Positions 1 to 8,044 of a stretch of 64,000 nt of DNA are shown here, piece by piece (position 1 is the stretch's first letter; each line of letters begins with the position of its first letter). Below the pieces are notes generated by a model, which was not told the DNA's origin, did not search any database, and worked only from the letters and a program-made list of their open reading frames with translations. Made by a program: the position numbers and the translations under genes. Source of the stretch: an uncultured Planctomycetota bacterium (GTDB taxonomy: Bacteria > Planctomycetota > Planctomycetia > Isosphaerales > Isosphaeraceae); the NCBI GenBank assembly GCA_963823665.1, contig CAWGMQ010000010.1, positions 2,432,001-2,496,000 on the forward strand, in the 5' to 3' direction.

Positions 1-134
1 ACAGTCAACAGTGCGACCGGCTGGGAAAGATTCCAGTTGAGAAAATTGACCGTGATGATACCGGTGTTCTGAACCGCGAAGACGGCAGTGGCCACCAGCA
101 GAGCCAGGAAAAGTAACGCCTGCAAGTACCGCAT
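1..134 (-). CDS. LapA/DUF1049-family small membrane protein (runs off the window edge)
   Basis: Read manually: MRYLQALLFLALLVATAVFAVQNTGIITVNFLNWNLSQPVALLT; FAVQN..V.F.W...P pattern. Confidence 0.65.
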   Translation of the reverse strand, partial: MRYLQALLFLALLVATAVFAVQNTGIITVNFLNWNLSQPVALLT

Positions 135-262
135 CGGGGCACCCCACATCGAAAACTGTTGATTGACCAGAACGTCCACGCTCGAGCGCTTTCTCGAGAC
201 TCCGCCCGGCCCTCTCCGCAGCGCTCGGCGGATCGACGGCGCCCTCCGCGCTCAGGATTTGT

Positions 263-559
263 TCACAAATGCAAGGCCGGTTTGCGTCCGCTGAACGCTC
301 GGAGCACGAAGATCAAGACGCAGGCGCCGATAAAGGCCACGAGAATGCTGCCCCAGAACCCGGCCGCCCCCTCGACGAAGAACGAGAGGAGAAGCCCGCC
401 CAGGAACGAGCCGATCAGGCCGACGATTACGTCGCCCAATACTCCGTAACCGCTCCCCTTCATCATCAAGCCAGCCGACCAGCCGGCGATCAGGCCGACC
501 ACCAGCCAGGCGATGATCCCTCCCGGTGACAGAACGATTGCGATACTCATGCTACCCAT
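263..559 (-). CDS. GlsB/YeaQ/YmgE (transglycosylase-associated) stress membrane protein
   Basis: IIAWLVVGLIAGW..G.G.LGDVIVGLIGSFLGG motif; AGGAGAG RBS before ATG 559. Confidence 0.85.
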   Translation of the reverse strand: MGSMSIAIVLSPGGIIAWLVVGLIAGWSAGLMMKGSGYGVLGDVIVGLIGSFLGGLLLSFFVEGAAGFWGSILVAFIGACVLIFVLRAFSGRKPALHL

Positions 560-569
560 CGTACTCTCC

Positions 570-764
570 TTACTGGAGTGAGAACTCAGTGATCTCTTTA
601 TCCGCCTGCTCACGCGTGTAGCCGTATTTTCGCTGGAGCAGAACGGAGAGCTGGTCGCTCTGGCCACCGAAAGTCGTCAGGTCGGCGTCGGTCAGCTTGT
701 CCCACTTTTTCTTCACCATCGCCGTGAACTGCTGCCAGTCGCCGGCGAGTTGATACCACGTCAT
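570..764 (-). CDS. CsbD family stress protein
   Basis: GDWQQF..VKKKWDKLTDADL..G..DQL..LQRKYG..EQA; GGAGG RBS. Confidence 0.85.
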   Translation of the reverse strand: MTWYQLAGDWQQFTAMVKKKWDKLTDADLTTFGGQSDQLSVLLQRKYGYTREQADKEITEFSLQ

Positions 765-914
765 GAGCCAACCTCCGAGAAGAGCATTCTCCCAGACTCG
801 ATCGATCGCCCCGCCAAGGCGGCACAAGGCAGCACGGCCAGCCGCGCGACCGGCTCTCCACGAGCACAAAAATCCGCCAGATCGTGCCACAGCAGCGGTC
901 CCATCAGAATCCAC

Positions 915-1079
915 TCAGAATCCACCGGGAACGTAGCCGGCGAACACCAGCACCAGCAGGATCACGACAAGCAGGCCCAGGCCGCCGCTGGGTCCGTAAC
1001 CCCAGTTCCGGCTGTAGCCCCACCTAGGCAGGCCGCCCACAAGCAGCAAGACCAGGACGACCAGTAAGATCAAACCCAT
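915..1079 (-). CDS. DUF3309 family small membrane protein
   Basis: LLLVGGLPRWGYSRNWGYGPSGGLG signature; GAGGAG RBS. Confidence 0.85.
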   Translation of the reverse strand: MGLILLVVLVLLLVGGLPRWGYSRNWGYGPSGGLGLLVVILLVLVFAGYVPGGF

Positions 1080-1199
1080 GGTTGACTCCTCTTGATTAGT
1101 GACCGATTCATAACCAGTGACGCACTGCTCATTCCACCGCACTCTCGGAGCCCGGATTCGTCATCCATGCCCGAACTTGATGTACGAGAGGGTCGTCGC

Positions 1200-1309
1200 A
1201 AAAAAAAACCGGCGTGGTCGAACGCCTTCACGCATTCAACCACGCCGGCTTACTCGTCAACGAGCCCCCCGGCTGTCCCGGGTTGCCCTTCATCTAGTCG
1301 TCCGACGAC
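1200..1309 (-). promoter_or_regulatory. Structured leader/attenuator copy 1 (upstream of DUF3309-CsbD-GlsB)
   Basis: Consensus core, terminator hairpin CCGGCGUGGUUGAA..UUCGACCACGCCGG, U9 tract. Confidence 0.85.
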
Positions 1310-1368
1310 ATCTTTTCAGAGTCTACCGGAGCCGGCTGTCTGTTGACATCGGCTCATCTTCATCTCCC

Positions 1369-1396
1369 ATTGTGACGCGCCGAAAGAGAATAGCAA
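1369..1396 (-). promoter_or_regulatory. Putative sigma70-type promoter for copy 1
   Basis: TTGCTA-N16-CACAAT. Confidence 0.55.
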
Positions 1397-1491
1397 GTGA
1401 ATTCTTTTCTGATTCTTTTCATCTATTATTCTTGCTATTGCTAATAATCATCATATCTGATCTTATTAGCAGTCGAGTCGCCTCCGCTTGC

Positions 1492-1941
1492 CTACTTGGC
1501 GTCGCCCATGGCCCGCACCATCGCCCGGCACGTCTTTTCGCAGGCGGAACACGCCTTGGCACAGTCCTTCATCTCCGGCGCCTCGAATTTGTCGCACTCG
1601 GCCGCGCACGCCTTGCACGCCTCGGCGCATGCGGCGCAGGAATAGACCATGAGCGGGCTGCTGCTGGCCACCATGTCGGCTGACAGGTCGCAGAACCTGG
1701 CACAGTCGGCGACCAGGCGCAAAGCCTTCGCATGCTCCTTCTTGCCAAGGGCCACCTGCTCGCAACAGTGGTGGAAGGTCTCGTTGCACGAGCGAGCGCA
1801 CTGCTGGCAAGCCCTGAGGCAATCCTCGTGCCCCTCGCTGTGATGGTGCTCCTGGCTTTGGGCCCCGGCGGCCCGCCCGGTCACGGCGAGTAAACCGGCA
1901 GTGGTGGTCCCGAGCACGCCCAGTAATTCTCGACGATCCAT
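1492..1941 (-). CDS. Tat-exported four-helix-bundle copper storage protein (Csp/DUF326-like)
   Basis: MDRRELLG twin-arginine signal; many CxxxC/CxxC motifs; His-rich linker. Confidence 0.8.
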   Translation of the reverse strand: MDRRELLGVLGTTTAGLLAVTGRAAGAQSQEHHHSEGHEDCLRACQQCARSCNETFHHCCEQVALGKKEHAKALRLVADCARFCDLSADMVASSSPLMVYSCAACAEACKACAAECDKFEAPEMKDCAKACSACEKTCRAMVRAMGDAK

Positions 1942-2083
1942 GGTCGAATCTCCTGATTCTAAGAGAGATGAATTTCCGGCGGACCACCCGTTGCGGACCG
2001 CCTGGGGGAAAACGCCTCAAACGGTACTCGAAAATCCCACGCGACTCCCCGCTGTCCCCCATCGCTGTCGGAATGCTCGCCAA

Positions 2084-2569
2084 TCAATCTCCCCGTTTGG
2101 TGACGTTGGGGATCTCCACTCCCAGCGCATTCGCCAGGGCGATCTGGTGATCCTGTTCCTGCACCAGTATGTCCCGGATGTGTTCGGCCAGGGCATATTC
2201 GCCCAGCGCTTCGCACTGACGTACACGCTGCCGATAGTGATGGATCGTTTCGTTCTCGTTATCCAGGTCAAAACGCAGCATGTCTTCTGCCTTTGCCGAG
2301 GTCTTTACCGGCTTCGGCACGGCCAGCGGCATACCACCCAGATAATCGATCTGGCCGGCGATGATCAGGGCGTGCGCCAGTTCTTCCGCGGCGTGCGTCT
2401 CCAGCTCGGCAGCGATGTTCATGTACTCGGCGCCCTTGAGGGTCTGCGAATAGACCACATACGAAATGATGGCCTGGTATTCACGTGCGAGGTCGCCGTT
2501 GAGCAGGGCAACCAGGTCTTCGCGCGTGACGGCCAGGGCGTTGCCGGCATCCGGTTCTTGCTTCGCCAT
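2084..2569 (-). CDS. Ferritin-like/bacterioferritin domain protein
   Basis: LAREYQA..Y, EELAHA, E.E.I.HY, QEQDH di-iron ligands. Confidence 0.85.
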   Translation of the reverse strand: MAKQEPDAGNALAVTREDLVALLNGDLAREYQAIISYVVYSQTLKGAEYMNIAAELETHAAEELAHALIIAGQIDYLGGMPLAVPKPVKTSAKAEDMLRFDLDNENETIHHYRQRVRQCEALGEYALAEHIRDILVQEQDHQIALANALGVEIPNVTKRGD

Positions 2570-2622
2570 GTCGATCTCCTGTTGTCTGGGGTGAAACGGA
2601 TTTGATCTCCGACCGATCGGGC

Positions 2623-2832
2623 TCACGTTTGAGCGCCCCGTCGACGGCCCGCCCCGCTTTCTCCGCCGGGCCCGGAGGATTCACTGCGTCTTTGACGTCT
2701 TGAATGCCCTTGTCGATGCTCTTCCCCGCCGGCTCGGCAGGCCCCTTCGACTCACATCCGACGACGGTCGCAAACGCCACGACACAGCACTGCGACCAGG
2801 GCCGCGATCCGATAGTTCCGTTCCTTGCTCAT
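2623..2832 (-). pseudogene. Small lipoprotein, frameshifted
   Basis: Signal MSKERNYRIAALVAVL is in one frame; VAFATVVGC lipobox and GPAEKAG repeats are in another. Confidence 0.5.
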
Positions 2833-2908
2833 CCGAATACCTCCGGAAAAATGCCATGCGACGCCGGCGGACCAGGTACTGAAGACTCAGCCGGCCATCG
2901 CTCCTTGT

Positions 2909-3322
2909 TCATGCTTGATTAACGGTCCCATTCCAGGTTCCTACGGGTATGCCCGTAGCGAGTAGGAACACCTGCACCACAGTGCCGGTCGTGAATACCT
3001 GCACGACCGTGCCTGTCTTCGTTTCGATCTCTGCCTTGGCCTCGCGCACCTCCACACCGGTGATGCGTTTGATTTCATTCCGCAGCCAATCGGCCGAGTC
3101 GTTGAACAACTGCCGGTGAAACTCCTCCACCTGAGACGCCCCTTCCGGGGTCTGGGCCAGGGCCCTCTCGGCTGGCGACAAGGCGCCATGCAGGGTGATG
3201 ACCAGCGTCTCTTCGCCCAGGACCACCGTCACCGATTTGGGCACGTGGCCCGTTCGCCGTTCCTCGAAAGCCGCCGCTGCCTCGGCGACCTGTTGCGCCA
3301 TAGTCAGATTGGGCTTCTCCAT
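2909..3322 (-). CDS. DUF2294 (MpsC/YbcI-like) protein, divergent subtype
   Basis: TGHVPKSVTV..LVITLHGALSPAERAL..IKRITGVEV; similar to the three other paralogues. Confidence 0.75.
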   Translation of the reverse strand: MEKPNLTMAQQVAEAAAAFEERRTGHVPKSVTVVLGEETLVITLHGALSPAERALAQTPEGASQVEEFHRQLFNDSADWLRNEIKRITGVEVREAKAEIETKTGTVVQVFTTGTVVQVFLLATGIPVGTWNGTVNQA

Positions 3323-3367
3323 TCGCTGCCTCCCCGGCGGAACCGACCGCTCGTGTCGCCATGTGCC

Positions 3368-3478
3368 AAAAAAAAACCGGCGCGGTGGAACACCCCGAGG
3401 GTATTCGACCACGCCGGCTTACTCGTCAACGGGCCTCCCGACACAGCCGGGTTGCCCTTAATCTAGTCGTCCGACGAC
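3368..3478 (-). promoter_or_regulatory. Structured leader/attenuator copy 2 (upstream of DUF2294, lipoprotein, ferritin, Csp)
   Basis: Consensus core, terminator, U9; promoter TTGCTA-N17-AACAAT at 3570-3542. Confidence 0.85.
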
Positions 3479-3701
3479 CTCCGCCCAAGTTTTTATCGGA
3501 GCCAAGGACCGGTTTTCACACGGGACCAGGCTCACCCCCTCATTGTTTCAAGCCTGGCTGGAAATAGCAAGAGCATTGTCTTTCTTTTTGGTATGATGAT
3601 TCCTCAACAGCTTGGAAGACGGACGATCCGGAGTCGGTTGCCATCGGGCACAGTCCCAGCGCGTGGCTGCCGGCAGGGCGCGGGCCGCCCTCGAGGTCAA
3701 C

Positions 3702-4091
3702 ATGAAGTCTCAGGGCGAAATCGAAGCCGCAATCTGCGATGGGATCACGCGCTTCGAGCAGGAATACATGGGACGCGGGCCCAAGGACATTCGTGCCCAC
3801 TTGATCGATGATCTCCTCGTGGTCCGCCTTCAGGGCGTCTTGACTGCGGCCGAGCAGCATCTGGTCAAGACACTCCCGGCCGAAAAGGGCAGAGACCTGC
3901 TCAAGCAAGTGCGCACCCATCTCCTCGAGACAGCCCGGCCGCTGCTGGAGGCAATGATCAAGGATATCACGGGCGTGAACATTGTGAGTCTGCACCACGA
4001 CATCAGCACGATGACCGGTGAAGAAGTTTTGATCTTCACGCTCGCCGATCCACCGTCGGTCCGCGAATCCCGCAAAAAGTCGGGCTCTTGA
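3702..4091 (+). CDS. DUF2294 (MpsC/YbcI-like) protein
   Basis: MKSQGEIEAAI..EYMGRGPKDI..LVVRLQGVLTAAEQHL..SLHHDISTMTGEEV. Confidence 0.85.
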   Translation: MKSQGEIEAAICDGITRFEQEYMGRGPKDIRAHLIDDLLVVRLQGVLTAAEQHLVKTLPAEKGRDLLKQVRTHLLETARPLLEAMIKDITGVNIVSLHHDISTMTGEEVLIFTLADPPSVRESRKKSGS

Positions 4092-4181
4092 GCGCTGGAC
4101 AATCGCTCGCGGCCAACAACGCCTCTTGAGGCGGAAATCAAAGCTCGCCGCGCTGGGGAGGACATCGCCGGCAACCCCGCA

Positions 4182-4463
4182 TCATGGCGGCTGACCCGCG
4201 AGCTGGCGCCGGATCTGGAGTGGCTCGCGCCAGCAGGCCAGGTCTCTTTCCCCTTCTCCGGTCAGGAGCCATCCGGGCGCCACGCCGGTGACATTGATGA
4301 AACGAAGGATCGCCAAACCGGGGATCGTCACGCCGGATTCGTAACTGGCCCAGGTTGCAGGCAGGAGCCCGAGGTCCGCCGCCAGAAGAGAAGCACCATG
4401 TTCGCCATACATCGCGAGGCGAACCTCACGCAGACGGCGGGCGAGGGCTATACTCCGTTTCAT
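4182..4463 (-). CDS. XRE-like helix-turn-helix protein
   Basis: [28 protein letters not shown]. Confidence 0.7.
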   Translation of the reverse strand: MKRSIALARRLREVRLAMYGEHGASLLAADLGLLPATWASYESGVTIPGLAILRFINVTGVAPGWLLTGEGERDLACWREPLQIRRQLAGQPP

Positions 4464-4657
4464 TGAGTTCTCCGTCTGAGCCTGATAGGAGCCTTCCGGA
4501 CATCCGCATGATCGTCCGCGTGCGCGGCGATAGCCAAAGTTCCCGGTTCCTCGACCGGGCTGGCGTCACTCGCGCGGACGATGCGAATCCCACCCCCCGG
4601 CGCCGGCACGACCCGGATCTCACCGCGCGAGATTTCGCGGCGGATCATGGCCTGCAC
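4460..4657 (-). CDS. Small hypothetical protein
   Basis: ORF between leader copy 3 and the HTH gene; ATGA stop/start overlap. Confidence 0.45.
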   Translation of the reverse strand: MQAMIRREISRGEIRVVPAPGGGIRIVRASDASPVEEPGTLAIAAHADDHADVRKAPIRLRRRTQ

Positions 4658-4741
4658 TTCGGGAAGATGGGCGCTGCAACTGAAGGGATTCCCAGCGAGA
4701 AGCAGCCTGTTCTGGCCTCATCGCCACTGCCGTCCTTTCCG

Positions 4742-4855
4742 AAAAAGAAAAAGCCGATGCGGTGGAATACCCCCAAAAGGTACTCGACCACATCGGCCTA
4801 CTGGTCAACGAGCCCCCCGGCTATCCCGGGTTGCCCCTCGCCTAGTCGTCCGAGC
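4742..4855 (-). promoter_or_regulatory. Structured leader/attenuator copy 3
   Basis: Core with CCGAU variant, terminator, U tract; promoter TTGCTT-N16-CACAAT at 4943-4916. Confidence 0.8.
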
Positions 4856-4989
4856 ATATCCAGCAAGTCGTAACAGTGCGAGTTACACGCAAGTATTCGA
4901 CTTACTGTGGCGTTCATTGTGCCAAAGAACACTGGAAAAGCAAGCGAGTAGTACCGGGTAGGTCGCATCATCGATCGGGGACGGCTCGA

Positions 4990-5910
4990 TCAAAACACAC
5001 CGCTGTGCACTCGTACCGGGCTTCCCCGGGCGATCGCCCCGGCCAGCTCGTTTTCGCGCAGGAGCGGCGTCGCGGCGGTGGGCTTGGGGAGCTTGACGCT
5101 GTGAGCCAGTCCGACGGCCGACAGCACACGAATGGCCACGTAGGTCATGTCAACTTCCCACCACCGCAGGCCGTGCCGCGCGGAGGTCTGGAAGGCGTGG
5201 TGGTTGTTGTGCCAGCCCTCGCCATAGGTTAGCAGGGCGACCCACCAGTTGTTCGTCGAGGCATCCCGGGTCTCGTGGCTGCGATAACCCCAGATGTGCG
5301 TGGCCGAGTTGACCAGCCAGGTCGTATGAAGCACAAAGATCGTGCGGACAAACCCGCCCCAGACCAGCCAGCTCATCCCGCCGAAAGCGTACAAAGCCCC
5401 GAACAACAGAATGGGAAACACAAGCTGATACTTGTCCATCCAGCGGTGAACCGGGTCCTTGTACAGATCGGGAGCCCACTTCATGTAGTACTCCGGCGTG
5501 TGGTACGAGATGACTTCCGGCGTCATCCACCAGAGCATATGGGCCCAGGCAAACCCCCGGTTGGGGCTGTGTACGTCATGCTCGCCGTCGGAATGGGCGT
5601 GGTGGTTCCGGTGATCGGCCACCCAGCCGATCGCACCACCCTCGGAGGCACAACAGCCGATCATGGTCAGGACGTATTCGAGCCACCGCGGCCGGGTGAC
5701 GAAGCTACGGTGAGTCAGCAGACGGTGGTAAGTCAAACAAATACCGATGCCGCCGGTCAGCCAGTGGAGCACCAGACATACGCCGACCGCGGTCCATGAG
5801 AAGTAGCTGGGCACAAACGCCAGCAGAGCACCGAGATGCAGCCCCCCGATCCAGATCAAGGAGGGCCAAGCGATCGCTGAGGCCGAAGGCCTGATTTTCG
5901 TCGCTGTCAT
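4990..5910 (-). CDS. Delta-9-type fatty acid desaturase
   Basis: His boxes HRLLTH, HRNHH, GEGWHNNHH. Confidence 0.92.
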   Translation of the reverse strand: MTATKIRPSASAIAWPSLIWIGGLHLGALLAFVPSYFSWTAVGVCLVLHWLTGGIGICLTYHRLLTHRSFVTRPRWLEYVLTMIGCCASEGGAIGWVADHRNHHAHSDGEHDVHSPNRGFAWAHMLWWMTPEVISYHTPEYYMKWAPDLYKDPVHRWMDKYQLVFPILLFGALYAFGGMSWLVWGGFVRTIFVLHTTWLVNSATHIWGYRSHETRDASTNNWWVALLTYGEGWHNNHHAFQTSARHGLRWWEVDMTYVAIRVLSAVGLAHSVKLPKPTAATPLLRENELAGAIARGSPVRVHSGVF

Positions 5911-6009
5911 GAGAAGTATCCTCCTCTGAGCTCGGCGATATTTCGGCCGGCTCGTCGATCAAGTCGATATCTCGCGCGAGGCAACCATTCGATGGCACCA
6001 CAAGAAAAC

Positions 6010-6118
6010 AAAAAAAGCCGCCATGGCGGAACACCCCGAGGTATTCGACCACGCCGGCTTACTCGTCAACGGGCGCCCCGCCAGGTGCGGGTTGCCCTTC
6101 GTCTAGTCGTCCGACGAC
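6010..6118 (-). promoter_or_regulatory. Structured leader/attenuator copy 4 (upstream of desaturase; weakened terminator stem)
   Basis: Core with CCCGC/GCGGG covariation; promoter TTGCTA-N17-TATGAT at 6211-6183. Confidence 0.8.
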
Positions 6119-6357
6119 TTCTTATATCGAGTCTTGCTTTGATTCACAAGTCAGGAAAAGCTTTAGGTCTATTGCAAGATTCATCATACATCGCCCGGGC
6201 CGAAATAGCAAGTGAATTGTTTGCGCTCTCGTATGATTTTCCGCGGATGGCAGGCTGCCCGAGGATGCTCGCTCCGCCGCAGTTGCACCAGGACTTTTCC
6301 AACCCGCTGGCATCGTATTTGCGAAAAGTATCGGACGTCAAACCGAATTTGGAGCAG

Positions 6358-7674
6358 CTATGTCTTACCGTACTCACTGTCAACCTTGACCATGTGGGCG
6401 TTGAAGCCCGCTTCCTCGGAGCGCACTTTGTCGTCTTGCCGGCCATATCCCGTCGTGGCCACCAGCAGTGCGTCGCCGAGCCCGAGGTCCTGGCGCAGGC
6501 GACGGGCCACCTCCAGTCCGCTCATGCCTGGCATGCTGACGTCGCACAGGACCACGTCGGGTGGTAGGAGCCGGGCCATTTCGAGAGCAGTCGACCCATC
6601 GTAGGCTGTCCGGACCTCATGGCCGGTTATTCTGAGCAGCGTCGCCATGGTGTCAGCCGAATCCTTGTTATCGTCGATGATCAGGATGCGTCGCGCGGGA
6701 CCCGCGGGCGTAACCACGCGATCGTTCCCCGCACTGGGTGGCAGAGGCGCCCTCAGAAAGAGCGGCAAGCGTACGACGAACTCGCTTCCGTGGCCGAGCC
6801 CCGCACTCGTGGCTTGTACGCGACCGCCGTGCAGATCGATCAGGTGCCGCACCAGGCTCAGGCCGATTCCCAAGCCACCCTCCGAACGATTCTCACAGCC
6901 CGGCACCTGGGTGTACAGCTCGAAGACCAAGGTCAGCATGGCCGGCGCAATGCCGGCCCCCGTGTCCCGCACCCGCAGGATCGCTTCGTCGCCATGGGCC
7001 TCCACGGCCAGGTCGATCCGCCCGCCCGCTTCCGTGTACTTCGCGCTCTTGGCCAGCAAATTCGACACGACCTGGGACAACCGGCTCAGGTCTCCTTCCA
7101 CAAGGACCGACTGCTCGGGCAACGAGACCCTCAGGTCGTGTTTCTTCGAGTCGATGAGAAAACGGCTGGTCTCGAGGGCTCTTTCCACCACGTCTTTGAG
7201 GTCCACACGCTCACTTTGGAGCTGGATCTTGCCGTGCTTGATGCGGGCAACGTCGAGCAAGTCGTCCACCAGCCGTGTCATGTTCACGACCTGACGCTCG
7301 ATGACGCTCGTGGCCGAACGATGCTCGGGATCGCCCGCGCCCGTGAGGCAGGCAATCTGCACCGCATCGTGGATGGCGGCAAGCGGACCGCGCAGCTCGT
7401 GGCCCACCACGGCGAGGAATTCCTCCGTGCGCCGCTCGGTCTCCCGGAGCTGCCGGTAAAGACCGGCGATCTCGACCTGCCGCCGCTCGTTCATCTCCAG
7501 CCCCGATCGGTCGGGCAACCGGGTCATTTCGCCCAGGCTGTCTTCGCGCGATGGCTCCGCGAACAAATGGACGACTCGGAGGGCCGGCGAAGGTTCGATA
7601 TCGCACGGCGCCGGAACTTGCTCGTCACGGTCTGGGGGCGGGCTCGGTCGAACGCGTTGTTCCTGAAGTGACAC
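6358..7674 (-). CDS. Hybrid histidine kinase (HisKA-HATPase-REC), possibly degenerate
   Basis: GHELRGPL H-box, DTGAGI, GLGIGL, REC domain; atypical N-box and clipped C-terminus. Confidence 0.85.
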   Translation of the reverse strand: MSLQEQRVRPSPPPDRDEQVPAPCDIEPSPALRVVHLFAEPSREDSLGEMTRLPDRSGLEMNERRQVEIAGLYRQLRETERRTEEFLAVVGHELRGPLAAIHDAVQIACLTGAGDPEHRSATSVIERQVVNMTRLVDDLLDVARIKHGKIQLQSERVDLKDVVERALETSRFLIDSKKHDLRVSLPEQSVLVEGDLSRLSQVVSNLLAKSAKYTEAGGRIDLAVEAHGDEAILRVRDTGAGIAPAMLTLVFELYTQVPGCENRSEGGLGIGLSLVRHLIDLHGGRVQATSAGLGHGSEFVVRLPLFLRAPLPPSAGNDRVVTPAGPARRILIIDDNKDSADTMATLLRITGHEVRTAYDGSTALEMARLLPPDVVLCDVSMPGMSGLEVARRLRQDLGLGDALLVATTGYGRQDDKVRSEEAGFNAHMVKVDSEYGKT

Positions 7675-7724
7675 TGCTCCCTCCGTTCCTCGAGGAGAAA
7701 ACCGACGGGCCAGTCACCGCCAAC

Positions 7725-7834
7725 AAAAAAACCGACGTGGCCGAACACCCCAGGGTATTCGTCCACGTCGGCTTACTCTTCAATGAGCCCCCCCGGACCA
7801 AGCCAGGTTGCCCTTTATCAAGTCGTCCGACGAC
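7725..7834 (-). promoter_or_regulatory. Structured leader/attenuator copy 5 (upstream of hybrid kinase)
   Basis: Core with CCGAC variant, terminator, U7; promoter TTGCTA-N16-GATAAT at 7921-7894. Confidence 0.85.
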
Positions 7835-8044
7835 ACCTGCCGTGATTCTCGCAGCGGCCGACCGCCAAATGCGATGGGCTGCATTCCCCGCTCATTATCC
7901 CGCGCAGCGCGGGAATAGCAACGCCATGCTTTGTTTTGACAGATGGAAACGATCTATCCCGCGTTCAAGATGCTCGTATTTCGCGCCGGGCGTGAACGTG
8001 CCACCGTCCGTTTCCACTTTCCCTTGCCGGAACGGGAATGCGCG

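Noticed and set aside
1294..1311. Mini-ORF MSSDD* as a leader peptide
   Set aside because: The start codon and stop are absent in most copies, and there is no RBS.
1092..1683. Recurrent ORF-track peptides such as RPRRLTRQRAP..LVVRR and STTPAYSST
   Set aside because: They are translations across the RNA repeat; starts, stops and frames are not conserved between copies.
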